64,000 nt of DNA from Octopus sinensis (lineage: Eukaryota): NCBI RefSeq assembly GCF_006345805.1, contig NC_042997.1, forward strand, positions 89,404,001-89,468,000, written 5' to 3'. The position numbers and the translations under genes are program-made. Within the stretch, counting starts at the first letter, position 1. Each line of letters opens with the position of its first letter. The notes below the pieces were generated by a model. The model searched no databases. It saw only the letters and a list, made by a program, of their open reading frames with translations, and had not been told where the DNA came from. Below are positions 13,937 to 25,843 of the stretch, in pieces.

Positions 13937-14305
13937 AGGCACAGGAGTGGCTGTGTGGTAAGTAGCTTGCTTACCAACCACATGGTTCCGGATTCAGTCC
14001 CACTGCATGGTACTTTGGGCATGTGTTTCCTACTATAGCCTCTAGCTGACCAAAGCCTCGTGAGTGGATTTGGTAGACGGAAACTGAAAGAAGCCCATCG
14101 TATATATGTATATATATGTGTGTGTGTCTGTGTTTGTACCCCCAGCATCGCTTGACAACCCATGCTGGTGTGTTTATGTCCCCATAACTTAGTGGTTCTG
14201 CAAAAGAGACTGATAGAATAAGTACTAGGCTTACAAAGAATAAGTCCTGGAGTCGATTTACTTGACTAAAGGCGGTGCTCCAACATGGTTGCAGTCAAGT
14301 AAAAG
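13937..14305 (+). mobile_element. tRNA-derived SINE family 1, well-preserved copy (others at 7160, 12565, 14590, 17925, 19485, 25910, 27395, 33590, 40876, 43075)
   Basis: Box A TGGCTGTGTGG, box B-like GATTCAGTCCC, central domain, TA/TG microsatellite, conserved tail; more than 10 copies in the window. Confidence 0.85.
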
Positions 14306-17300
14306 AGTATATATATATATGCTGAGTAAAACTGCCATCTTCCACTTGTTGTTTCAGGTGCCAGTGTCACATAAAAAGCCCCTGTGCCAGTGGCATGTAA
14401 AAAGCACCTATCATACTTTGTTAAGTCGTTGGTGTTTGGAAGGGCATTCAGCTGTAGAAACCATGCCGCAACAGATAATTGGAGTCTGAACAGTTCCTTG
14501 CTAGCCAGCTCCATGTCAAACTGTTCGACCCATGCCAGCATGGAAAGCAGATGGTTAATGATGATGATGATGATGATATGATAAATTTCTTTCAATTTCT
14601 CTCTGCCAAATTCACTCACAAAGCTTTGGTTGTCCTGGAGTTTTAGTAGAAAATGCTTGCCCAAGATATGCAGTAGGACTGAACTCAAACCCATGTGGTT
14701 GAGAAGCAAACTTCTTAATCACAGCCATGCCTGCAGCTTAGTTAAACCTGTTATAAATAAAACTGTAGGTGAGACATAAACTTTACAACTATCACAATGT
14801 CTTGTCTTTTATCTGTTGTTATTTGGTTTCAGGATATAAGAAAACCTAATGTCTTATATTAGTAAACTAAGTCCTAAATTATTGATTTATGATCTTCAGT
14901 TTCTCCTGGTTACCAGAGAGTGGATATTTTAAGGATTATGTCTATTTAACCCTATCAAATTTGTTTAAACATTCAGAGAGGAATATGTACCTTTCCTAAA
15001 CTAGGCAATCTGATGTCTAATTTTCTAAACTTTGGCCTAACTACTTAATTTCAAGTTACTCTGAGGTTACTTCAATCTCATATAACCTCTATTAGCAATT
15101 TAACTAGTGTACATGTGTTCTATTCTGTTCTCTTTCTTATCCTATCTTGTCCTATTCTTTCTTATCCTATCCTGTGTTCTTACTACTAACATTCATAATA
15201 TTGGGTGGATCTGCAACTTCAGACCTGTTCAAAACTACAGCTATTATTTTGTAGCCAAAATAGTTGTAATATGTATATATTTTAATAATTTATTATAATT
15301 TGTCTTGTCTACGAGGCAATACATGTGTTTATATACACCACACCCACAGGAAAAAGATATTACACCTGAAAAACCACTTAGACAATCAAAGATTACAATT
15401 CATTTTACTATTATGTTCTAACTTTTGTGTCCTGAACAACTAACTCACCTACTTAATATTCATAATACTTCTAAAATCATTCTCAACTCACAATATATAT
15501 ATATGTCTCATCTGACCCAAAGTTAACAAAAGTATATGTAATCAAAACAACTTCGGTGTCAAACATTTCACTGTCTCATATTCTGTGCTAGATTATCAAC
15601 AACTTTCTTCAGTTGTTATTGTTTAGCCCCTAGTTATCCTTGATTGAATAGGCGTATGATCAACAAGACATTCCAGTCATGGCTGTCTTGCCTTTATCCT
15701 TTGTGCAGGTAACTCCAGTGCTGCATAATACAATATATCCATTTTTATGATGGCAGGGTATGTTTTGAAAAGAATTTGGCTGCTGTTTCTGGCAGGCTGA
15801 GTGACAGTTTAGAGTGACTCACATAAATCTAAATTGTCATGTACTCTGTCATGTACCCTGCAAAGTTTGCTTATTTTCTTTAGGACTATACCTTGGTAGC
15901 CACATAATATGTCAACACTATTATACTGCATTTGTGTAGTATAATAATAGGCATGGCCAAGAGGTGAATAAGTTTCCATTGCAACCATGGGGACTTGAAT
16001 TTGGTCTGTTTGTGACATTTTAGATTAGTGTCTTCTACCATAGCTTCAGGCCAACCCAAACTTTGTGAATGAAATTGGGTACATGAAAACTGTGGCAGCC
16101 TGTTAGATGAGTTATATCTGTAATTTAAAGGGGGTCAACTTTGACGTATAAAATAACATGTTGAGCTTTACAGAGGTGATGACAAAGGACCATGATGATT
16201 GGTATTATTCTGTGCTTGAGGAGACCCATTCATCTCAGTAAAATTGAGGCCCTAAAGGCATGTTGTGTATGTCTATGTCCTTGCACGTAATCTGTCCCTG
16301 ACAAATCAATTCCCCACAACATATCCCTAACACCCACCCCCTTCACTTATGTTTACTCACTGCATTCACCTCCTCTCCATCCCTTCTTTCCTTTCACCCT
16401 CTTATGAACTTACCTGCCCATTCACCCCTTCCTATCATCTGTACCACTTCACTTATATGCCCAACACATTGTCACCACTGTCTTCTCTCCCCCCTCTCTC
16501 CCTAATCTCTTTTTAACAGGTGTAGCCATGTATCTCCTCTGGAGAAATACACTCATTTCTGTCCCTCTACCATACTTCTTGTTACCTGGTTCAAAGCCAT
16601 CTCCCTCAATACTACTCCTCTTCTTAGTTAAGGGGTTTTGCCTTGCAAGGCACTTGGTGACCTCACTGGTGCTTGTGTTAAAAGCACTCAATACACTTTG
16701 TAGAGTGGTTGGCATTAGGAAGACATCCATCCGTAGAAACCATGCCAGAACAGACATTTGAGGTTTTTGCAGTCTTCTGGTTCAGTAGCTCTTGTCAAAC
16801 TATCCAAACCATGTCAGCATGGAAGGTGGATGTTAAATAATGATGGTGGTGAGGATTATGTTGAAAGTACACATGTCCATAGATATTTAATTATCTATAC
16901 TGTAATTCAATGAACAGGTCACTCTGTTGATCAAACAACTGGGATATTTATTGTTGAAACTGGCAGAAAGTCCATTTAAATTCCACAGAATCTATGCTTG
17001 TCTTAGCCTATATAGTAGCAAGTATGGTGTACTACAAGCAACAACAACAACAACAACAACAACAGCAGCAGCAGCAGCAGCGGCAGCAGCAGTAGAACAA
17101 TGAAATAGTTTCTAAGTGAAAGATGAAACTGGGTTTTCAGACATGAGTTGCTGCAACAGGAAGCAACTACAATGACACAGCAATGAACAGGACTATTAAA
17201 CAACAACAACCATATTAATGAAGGATTTTAAATAATGGTAGTTAAGGTAATAGTTTAGTTTGTTATGCACTCCATAACTAGGACTTTTGAGGGATTGGGG

Positions 17301-18129
17301 GGTAGGCACTTGACTGATTAGCATTCAATCACTAACAGATACTCCAGTCTCTGCTCCATAGGCAGTTTTCTCTACTACCCCGTTTTGAATTTATCCTGGA
17401 TTTTCTTGTAGCCTCAAGATTTTGATTATGTACCTATATTTTTTAGACTGACATTGGAGGGTAGGTGTGAGAGGCTATATCTGGCCTGTTTGAACATAAA
17501 ACAGGAAGAATATTTTGGCTGGATATGGTCAATTTAAATGCTATAGGGTTAAAACAGGGAAATTTGTTTCATAGAACAAAGGGCAGTTGGTATCAAAAGG
17601 ATTAAAGTTGTTGTAGGACATCTAAGTGTAGTCCAAGAATGAAATGGTTGGATACCCATAGTCTCAGTTGGTCATGTTTGGGAAAGCCTAATAATAGGAC
17701 CCTATGGAAGAAGTGCCCGGGGTCTCTACCCCATCAACCCTCCCAAGAATAGTGAGTGAAGAATAGTGGGTGGAGAAGATAGTTAGATAGAGAGAAAAGT
17801 TGTGAAGTAAGTTCAAATTTTTTTATGGTTTACATAAAATAATTATGAATTCAGTATCTGTGTAATGATAGTGTAGCTATATAATTAGGTAAAAAATTTA
17901 TTTTAGATTTATTTATAATTTAATAGGCGTAGGTGTGGTTGTGTGGTAAGCAGTTTGCTTTTCAACCACATGGTTCTGGGCTTAGTGTGGTAGGTGTCTT
18001 CCACTATAGCCTTGGGTTGACCAAAGCCCTGTGAGTGAATTTGGCAGATGGAAACTGAAAGAAGCCTGTCGTGTGTGTATGTATGTATGTCCGAAGTCAG
18101 ACACCATGATAGAGCGTTAGCTACTACAC

Positions 18130-18289
18130 ACATTTTTTTTCTCTCCTTGTTTTCTTCTATGTATTTTTCTGTAGAAGAGCGTAGGCTCGAAACGGAAAAG
18201 ACTTTTTCTATTCCTGAGTACTATACTAATGCATCTGTTTGTTTGTACACCACCTGCGTTCTTTTTTTGTTTATTTTCGTAAACTTTCC

Positions 18290-18295
<6 letters not shown>
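18130..18295 (+). mobile_element. Penelope-like terminal repeat remnant with hammerhead-like GAAGAGCGTAGGCTCGAAAC
   Basis: Homologous to 45480-45650; both end in a TA microsatellite. Confidence 0.55.
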
Positions 18296-18367
<72 letters not shown>

Positions 18368-19272
18368 GTTTCCTAGGGTTAAATAGCAGTAACATTCTTC
18401 CCTTTTATGGGACTGTCACATTAAGTTGACAACATACCATCACTATATATATATATATATATATATCACGTGATCACGTGACCGACCAGACCATCAGATG
18501 TTGTTACACATCGCTGGTCACAATGTGTTCGCATTATTTTAGCCTTCGAATGACGCCACCCCGCTGGCTAAGCAAGCTGGCCAACAGAAGAAAGAGTGGG
18601 AGAAAGAGTGGTGAAAGAGTACAGCAGGGATCACCACCCCCTGCTTTTATATCTAACCCTACAGTCTCTTATGTGGTGGTTTAATAAAGTATGTGATTGA
18701 GTATTATCTGATAATTGATATTTGATTTAGATGTATTTCTCCATTTTCTTATCTTGTATTAGTAATTTGTGGTAAATCATTTTACCTTTGCCCATATAAT
18801 ACAGTAAATGAATTGATTACATCGCAATCATTAACATTTATGTATTAACTTTGTTGGGTACTTCACTAGCAGTATATTGGAGTATATATGGAGGGTTGCA
18901 TTTACAACCCATATCTCAATTTGTATATATATATATATACATATATCTGTCGTGTATATATATATATATCTGTGTGTGTCTTTGTGTCTGTTTGTCCCCT
19001 ATCACTGTTTGACAACTGGTGTTGTTGTATTTACACCCTTGTAACTTACCACTTTGTTAAAAAAAGACTGATAGAATAAGTACCACGCTTAAAAAAAACA
19101 CAAGTACTAGGGTTGATTCGTTTGACTAAAATTCTTCAAGGCAGTGCTCCAGCATGGTCGCAGTTTAATGACTGAAACAAGTAAATGAATATGTTTATAT
19201 TATATTTATTCATCATCATCGTTTAACATCCGTTTACCATGCATTGGCCAATTTAATATTTCAAATCATATC

Positions 19273-19304
<32 letters not shown>

Positions 19305-20260
19305 GCGTTAGGAAGGGCATCCAGCTGTAGAAACATTGCCAGATAAGACTGGAGTCTGGTGCAGCCTTCTGGCTTCCCAGATCCCCAGTCGAACCGTCCA
19401 ACCCATGCTAGCATGGAGAATGGACGTTAAACGATGATGATGATGATGATGATGATGATATATATATATATATATATATATATACAGGCACAGGACTGGC
19501 TGTGTGGTAAGAAGCTTGCTTTCCAACGCATGGTTCCAGATTCAGTCCCACTGTGTGGTACCTTGGGCAAGTGTCTTCAACTAAGGTTTTGGGCTGACCA
19601 AGGCCTTTTGTGTGGATTTGGTTGGCAGAAACTGAAAGAAGCCCAGTCATATATATGTATATATTTATGTGTGTGCATGTCTTTGTGTCAGTGTTTGTCC
19701 TCCCCACCATTGCTTGACAACCAATGTTAGTGTGCTTATGTCCCTGTAGCTTAGTGGTTCAACAAAGAGACCGATGGAATAAGTCCTGGGGTCAATTTCT
19801 TTGACTAAAAAAACCCTTTAAGTCAGTTCCAGCATGTCAAATAACTGAAACAAGTAAAAGAATATATATAAATTATATTTATGTATGATATAATATATAT
19901 ATATAATTTAGACATGTGTATGCACATGTACACACACACACACAAATACAGACACAAATGCATGCGCATATAAGGATACACATTATAGAAGAACAGAATG
20001 GACTAATTGGAGCAGGAGCACGCACAAGGACAGAAAGTGTTGTTGAAGAGGTCACAGATGTGTGATGAAAGATTTCCAGACAATGGATATAAGTTAAAAT
20101 AAGAACAGTAATTAACGAGTGAAGAACAAATATATAATGCCTGTGTTTATTTGACAAAAAAAAAATGACCATCCTGAAATACAACAATATATAATTTATA
20201 TAAAGTATATAATTTAATACATTATTAGTTTATATAATTGACATTGTTAATTGATTTCAG

Positions 20261-20420
20261 GAGGAAAAAGGTTGGCTGACTGACGAATATGAAGTGAAAC
20301 ACACGCTCCTTCGTCAACCATTTCAATGGCAACCAAACATCGGTGACGATGAGAATGGAACTAAGGTGCTGAAATGTCGGAATTCCATTCAAGGAATACA
20401 AATAATAGCAGATGACAGAG
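20261..20420 (+). CDS. SPRING1: SPRING1/C12orf49 ortholog, internal coding exon (equivalent to vertebrate exon 2)
   Basis: Acceptor ttgatttcag| and donor |gtaggt; 160 nt, phase 0 to 1; encodes EEKGWLTDEYEVKHTLLRQPFQWQPNIGDDENGTKVLKCRNSIQGIQIIADDR(G), matching the family motif CRNSIQG..I.D..G. Confidence 0.93.
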
Positions 20421-20787
20421 GTAGGTATTTACAATGTCATATTTACTATAGGGCAGCATTTGGTGATATAGGAAATTATAGAGCATAGGCGTAGTCAAGA
20501 TTGTAACCGAGAATGTTCCCAATTATTAACTGTTTGTGACCTAATTTACATATGTGTATGTTTATAGTATATACATATATTATAACCCAGAAGAATTGGT
20601 TTGTCTGAATATGACCAGTCCACCCCTTGACTCTATGTGTTGTGTAATATAAACTGCCCTACCACATCAAATGTCTTTTTAATCTATCATCATCATCATA
20701 CCCACCACCACCACCACCACCACACCACCACCACTACATTTATATTTGATCACTGCAAGATAAAATAGTCACTAATAGTAATAATAG

Positions 20788-21395
20788 TTGTTTCAAATTT
20801 TGGCACAAGGCCAGTAATTTTGGGGGGTGGAGTTGATCAGTTACATTGACCCCGATGCTCAGCTGGTACTTATTTTATCGACCCCGAAAAAATGAAAGGC
20901 AAAGTCGACCTTGGCAGCATTTGAACCCGGAATGTAAAGAGCTGAAAGAAATGCCACTAAGCAATTTGTCCGGCATGTTAATGATTCTGCCAGCTTGCTG
21001 CTTTTAAATAATGATAATAATGGTTTCAAAATTTTGGCTCAAGGCCAGAAATTTTGGAGGAGGAGATAAGTCGGCTACATCAACCCCAGTACTCAATTAG
21101 TACTTATTTTATCTTCGAGAGGATGACAGGCAAAGTCAATCTTGGTAGAATTTGAACTCAAAATGAATAATAATAATAATCCTTTCTACTAAAGGCACAA
21201 GGCCTGAAATTTGGTGGGGAGGGAACTAGTCAATTACATCAACCCCAGTGTTTCACTGATACTTAATTTATCGACTATGGAAGAATGAAAGGCAAAGTTG
21301 ACCTTGGTAGAATCTGAACTCAGAACGTAAAGTCAGGCGAAATACTACTAATCATTTTGCCTGGTGTGCTAACAATTCTGCAGCTCACTGCCTGA
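20788..21395 (-). mobile_element. Three head-to-tail SINE family 2 copies (fourth at ~21910-22065)
   Basis: Repeated ~200 bp unit separated by (AAT)n spacers. Confidence 0.8.
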
Positions 21396-21409
21396 ATGAT
21401 AATTTGTGG

Positions 21410-21727
21410 AGACCCTCTTCAGCCATGACTGACCATGGGATTGCACCTAGGAACAAGCCCGGGCAAGGTTGTTTATGGAAGATCAGCAGTCACCCATGCA
21501 TACCAGCCTCCTCTCTCCACGCCACCAATGTTATCCAAGGGAAAGGCAAAGGGGCTGATATAGCTTGGCACCTGTGATGTCGCAACTCATTTCTATTGCT
21601 GAGTGAACTGGAGCAACGTGAAATAAAGTGTCTTGCTCAAGAACACAACATGCAGCCTGGTCTGGGATTCGAACTCACAACCTCATGATTGTAAGCTTGT
21701 CGCTCTAACCACTGAGCCATACACCTT
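21410..21727 (-). mobile_element. tRNA-derived SINE family 3 (also 46845-47175 +, 60480-60735 +, fragment 42460-42615)
   Basis: Minus strand TGGCTCAGTGGTTAGAGC (box A) and GAGTTCGAATCCC (box B), then TCTTGAGCAAGACACTTTATTTCAC. Confidence 0.8.
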
Positions 21728-21780
21728 AATGATGATGATGATAATAATAATAATTATAATAATAATAATAATAATAATAA

Positions 21781-21890
21781 TTCTCAATTCAAGCAGACCA
21801 GTTGCTTGAGCACAACAAACCAGACTTATTGGTGGTGGACAAAGTAAACCACATATGCTTTATAATTGATGTTGCCTGCTCAATTTGATC
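21781..21890 (+). mobile_element. R4/Dong-like RLE endonuclease fragment
   Basis: FSIQADQLLEHNKPDLLVVDKVNHICFIIDVAC (PD..D RLE motif) directly after a (TAA)n tract. Confidence 0.65.
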
Positions 21891-22069
21891 CATGGTCAGT
21901 TAAGGTGACCACTAAAGGCACAAAGCCTGAAATTTTGGGGGAGGGTTTAGTTGACTACATCGACCTCAGTGTTTCATTGGTACTTAATTTATTGACCCTA
22001 AAAGGATGAAAGCAAAGTCGACCTTGGTGGAATTTGAACTCAGAACGTAGTGACAGGCGAAATGCTGCT

Positions 22070-22590
22070 GATGCAGCACCAGGCATTGACTCTCATGGTT
22101 TCTGATCTAAATGATTGGAATTGTTATCATGAACATGTTTTGTTTTGGTATAAAAAGTGGGCTACAGCAAATATTCTGCTTAATACCGCAGATTTTGCTT
22201 GTCAGTTGCTTGACCTTATCCAATTGAACATGTCCCTTAGTGGCTGATGATATGTGCATCTCTGATCATGAGAAGGATTAGTATGGGAGCATCATAGCCA
22301 TGTGATGAGAGGAATTCTTTGGGGTTTGAATAATTCACTTCTGGAAACACGAGCATTTTAAACCCTATTCAGGGACATTTTGAGTTTGGATAGGCTACTT
22401 GACCTGAAGAAAATTCTAACTGGGCCTCACCAGCAAGGTCATACACTGTTTATCCTGATATGAGCTTACCATGTTGCGCACATATGGTTGGGATGCATGT
22501 ACCTAGTGTAGTCATGATGGGTATACTGGACTTCATATATTTGTACCTCAGTGTCACTGATGGCATGCATTGCTCTCTCACTCAAGAATG
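22070..22590 (+). repeat. ~520 bp unclassified interspersed repeat
   Basis: Reverse complement of the two copies at 38525-39055 and 39082-39620. Confidence 0.75.
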
Positions 22591-22806
22591 ATAATAAAAA
22601 GTCTTCAGGAGTTCCAACAAAATCTGAGATAAAAGAGTAACAATAATGTTTCGAATTTAGGCTCAAGGTTGGCAATTTTAAAAGGAGTGGGGTTAGTTAA
22701 TTACATCAACTTCCACACACTACCACATTCACTGCTTCACCTCCCAACCCATGAATTTCCTCTATTAACTTGTTTTGATAGCAAAGTTATGTATTCTGTT
22801 TGCCAG

Positions 22807-22958
22807 GTTATGTATGTGAGCGGTCAGCTATCTTGACTGGTGGCTGCTGTGATGCCTCTGTGCCACAGACCAGTCGCTATAACTGTAACAGTTGCCAGGA
22901 GAACCACTGCTGTGTCATCTATGAGTACTGTGTTTCCTGCTGTTTACATCCTGACAAG
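22807..22958 (+). CDS. SPRING1: SPRING1/C12orf49 ortholog, Cys-rich exon
   Basis: Acceptor tttgccag| and donor |gtaaga; 152 nt, phase 1 to 0; encodes [51 protein letters not shown] with the diagnostic [18 protein letters not shown] motifs. Confidence 0.96.
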
Positions 22959-23417
22959 GTAAGATATTTTAACTTGATGCACTCATCCATCTCCCTTTCT
23001 CTCTCTCTCTCTGTGCTTCTTTTAACTCCTACATGCACACCTATATACATATGCATTTCTCTCTCATACACATGTGAACATTTATTCTATCACTCTTACA
23101 TACATATCTGCACATGCACACACAGAGACACAAATACTCTATTATTCTTATGCAGACATTATCACTCTTACATGCATACACTAATACTCTTACACACACA
23201 CTATTGCTTCTACAAACATTATGACACTTATATGCACATGCAGTTATTCTTAAATATATAAACTACTAGTCTTATGCGCACACTGTCACTTTTACACAAA
23301 CATAGACACAATCACTATTACACACACACACACACACATTATCTTACACCTCTATATATTAACTTTACCTTTCTTACACACTCTCCCATGCACTTTTCTT
23401 ACACAGACACTTTATCA

Positions 23418-23418
<1 letters not shown>

Positions 23419-23449
<31 letters not shown>

Positions 23450-23579
23450 TTTCTTTCTTTCTTTCTTTCTTCCTTCCTTCCTTCCTTCCTTCCTTCCTTC
23501 CTTCCTTCCTTCCTTCTTCCTTCTTCTTCCTTCCTTCCTTCCTTCCTTCCTTCCTTCCTTCCTTCCTTCCTTCCTTCCT

Positions 23580-23631
<52 letters not shown>
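23419..23631. repeat. Polypyrimidine (TTTC)n(TTCC)n(TTTC)n tract
   Basis: Directly visible; about 210 bp of pyrimidines on the + strand. Confidence 0.95.
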
Positions 23632-24429
23632 GTTGCCACACCCACTTTGTTTTGTATCCCCTTTCTATGTATGTATGCATGTGTTTGTGTACTGTGTTTG
23701 TGAGTGGTGTGGCAGTTCAGCTAAACCAATCAGCGTTTATCTTTAGGAATTTGATATCTGGTTGCTTAACATGCTGAATTCTGATTAATGATTGAGAGGC
23801 TCTGCCTTCACACACATACACACTCAATTCTATTTAATTCATTTTACTTAACATTAGGTGAAGGCACATAGCTGCACATAACTTAGTGATTAGTTTGTTG
23901 CACTTTTGATCATGAAATCATGGTTTCAATTCCCAGGCCGGTTGGTGCATTGAGCAAAATACTTTATTTCATAAGAGCATTGTATTATCAAAGAAGGGAA
24001 AAAAAGGTAAGTGGGAAAGCTTCAAACAATGCAGAAAGTTTCACAAAACCTTTATATTTCAAGCACAAAGGCCCATCCTCAGAAGAAAAGCAGTCTGAGA
24101 AATGTCTAGATATACAGGCTGCATTAACCCATTCAAATTCCTCAGCGTTATGTTAGCAGCAGCAGTCACTCTCCAAATGTAGGTGGTTCATGTTGCTTCA
24201 GTCTACTTAGATGTAAACAAGTCCCAGCCAAAGGTATGGTGTCCTATTTAGTGGAAGAGTGTTGCAGTGTCAATCACTTATATGCCATTGAAACAAGCTT
24301 AAGCTCTAACCTTATTAGTCCTAGGGCTCATGACAGACCTAACTTAAACTTTAACCATTTTGTTACCATATTTCTAACAACAGGTACTGCCATTGTTTCA
24401 ATTAATTCTTAAAATAACGAAGAATTTAG

Positions 24430-24932
24430 TGACTGAGAATTTTGATGATATGCTGTGCTTGGGAAGACTCGTCAAGCCAAGTGAAATTGTAATCAAGGCT
24501 GTTGCCGGTATCATGTAAATGGTACCCACGAAATCATAATCATAGCCATTGCTGGTAGCATGATCTTTGAATGTTGGGCCTCAAGGAGGTGATGACAAGT
24601 GATTGAGACCATTGGCGATTTGCTGTGCTTGAGAAAACTTGTCGAGCCAAGTGAAATCATAGTCGTGGCCATCGCCAGTGTCACATAAATGGCACCTGTG
24701 AAATCATAGCTGTGGCTGTTGCCAGTGTCCTGCAAAGGGCACCCATACCAGTGGCATGTAAGAAGCACCCATTATGCTCTTGGAGTGGTTGGCATTTGGA
24801 AGAGCATCTAGCCATAGAAGCCATGCCAAATCAGACTGGAACCTTGTGTAGCCCTCCGACTTACCAGTTCCAGTCCAACCATTTAACCCATGCCAGCATG
24901 GAAAGCAGATGTCAAATAATGATGATGATGAT
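24430..24932 (+). mobile_element. RTE-clade LINE 3' UTR fragment
   Basis: Same repeats and (GAT)n tail as 44340-44770. Confidence 0.75.
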
Positions 24933-25729
24933 TATTAAACTGTGGTCTGGGACAAATTAGTATAACATTTTGATGGAAGAAAGAAAGTGATAAAGATGGA
25001 AGAAAGAAAGTGATAAATTTAGACCAAACAATAAAGTTTGTCATAGATCCTGGGGCAGTCTCAGGTGGGTTGGTATCAAAAAGGGTTAATATAAATGGTC
25101 ATACCTTGTTGCTGCTGGAATAGTTTGCCAAGTTGCTTGAATATTCACTGAGAACATGATCAATATTTTACCTTTCACTTCTTTCAGTCATTAGAGTGCA
25201 ACCACGTTAGGGTACTACTTTGAAGGAGTTAATCGAACTAATTGAACCAAGTACATATTTTTATAAAGCCTAGTCTATTGGTCTCTTATTCTATTAATTT
25301 CTTTTTGCTGAACTTGTAAGTTATAAGGACATAAACAAGCCAAGTGGTGGTGGTGGGAAGAAAAATCACAGACACATACACGCACATATACATATATGTA
25401 ACTAACTTCTTTCAGTTTCTGTCTATCAAATCCACTCACAAAGCTTGGATTTGTCAGGGGCATGCCTGTCAGTTGTTTCTTTCAATTAGTTTCATCTTCT
25501 ATAGATGTTTTTTTTTTCGTTCTTTGTTTCAGCAACAGAAACGAACTAAGTATGATGGGGACAAGCACAATCACTAGACACACACATGCACATGTAATGA
25601 GCTTCTTTCAGTTTTAGTCTACCAAATCAATTCACAAAGCTTGGATTGGTTTGGGGCATGCCAGTCAGTTGTATTTTTTTAAAAATTAGTTTCATCTTCT
25701 ATACCTGTCTTTTTTGTTCTTTGTTTCAG

Positions 25730-25843
25730 CAACAAATCCTAAAGAAGATCCTGAAGCAACCAATTAACACATACAGTCAGTTATTTTCATCTCTGAAGGA
25801 CCATTACGAGTTATGTCTCATGAAGTGTCGTACTTCCTCACAG
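25730..25843 (+). CDS. SPRING1: SPRING1/C12orf49 ortholog, penultimate coding exon
   Basis: Acceptor ttgtttcag| and donor |gtaaac; 114 nt, phase 0 to 0; encodes QQILKKILKQPINTYSQLFSSLKDHYELCLMKCRTSSQ (family motif DH.ELCL.KCRTSSQ). Confidence 0.95.

Noticed and set aside
15972-15985. X-box-like GTTTCCATTGCAAC
   Set aside because: Mismatched to the consensus, not near any identified TSS, and plausible by chance.
21660-21727. tRNA gene (box A/box B present)
   Set aside because: Head of SINE family 3; continues into the SINE body and has no clean acceptor stem.
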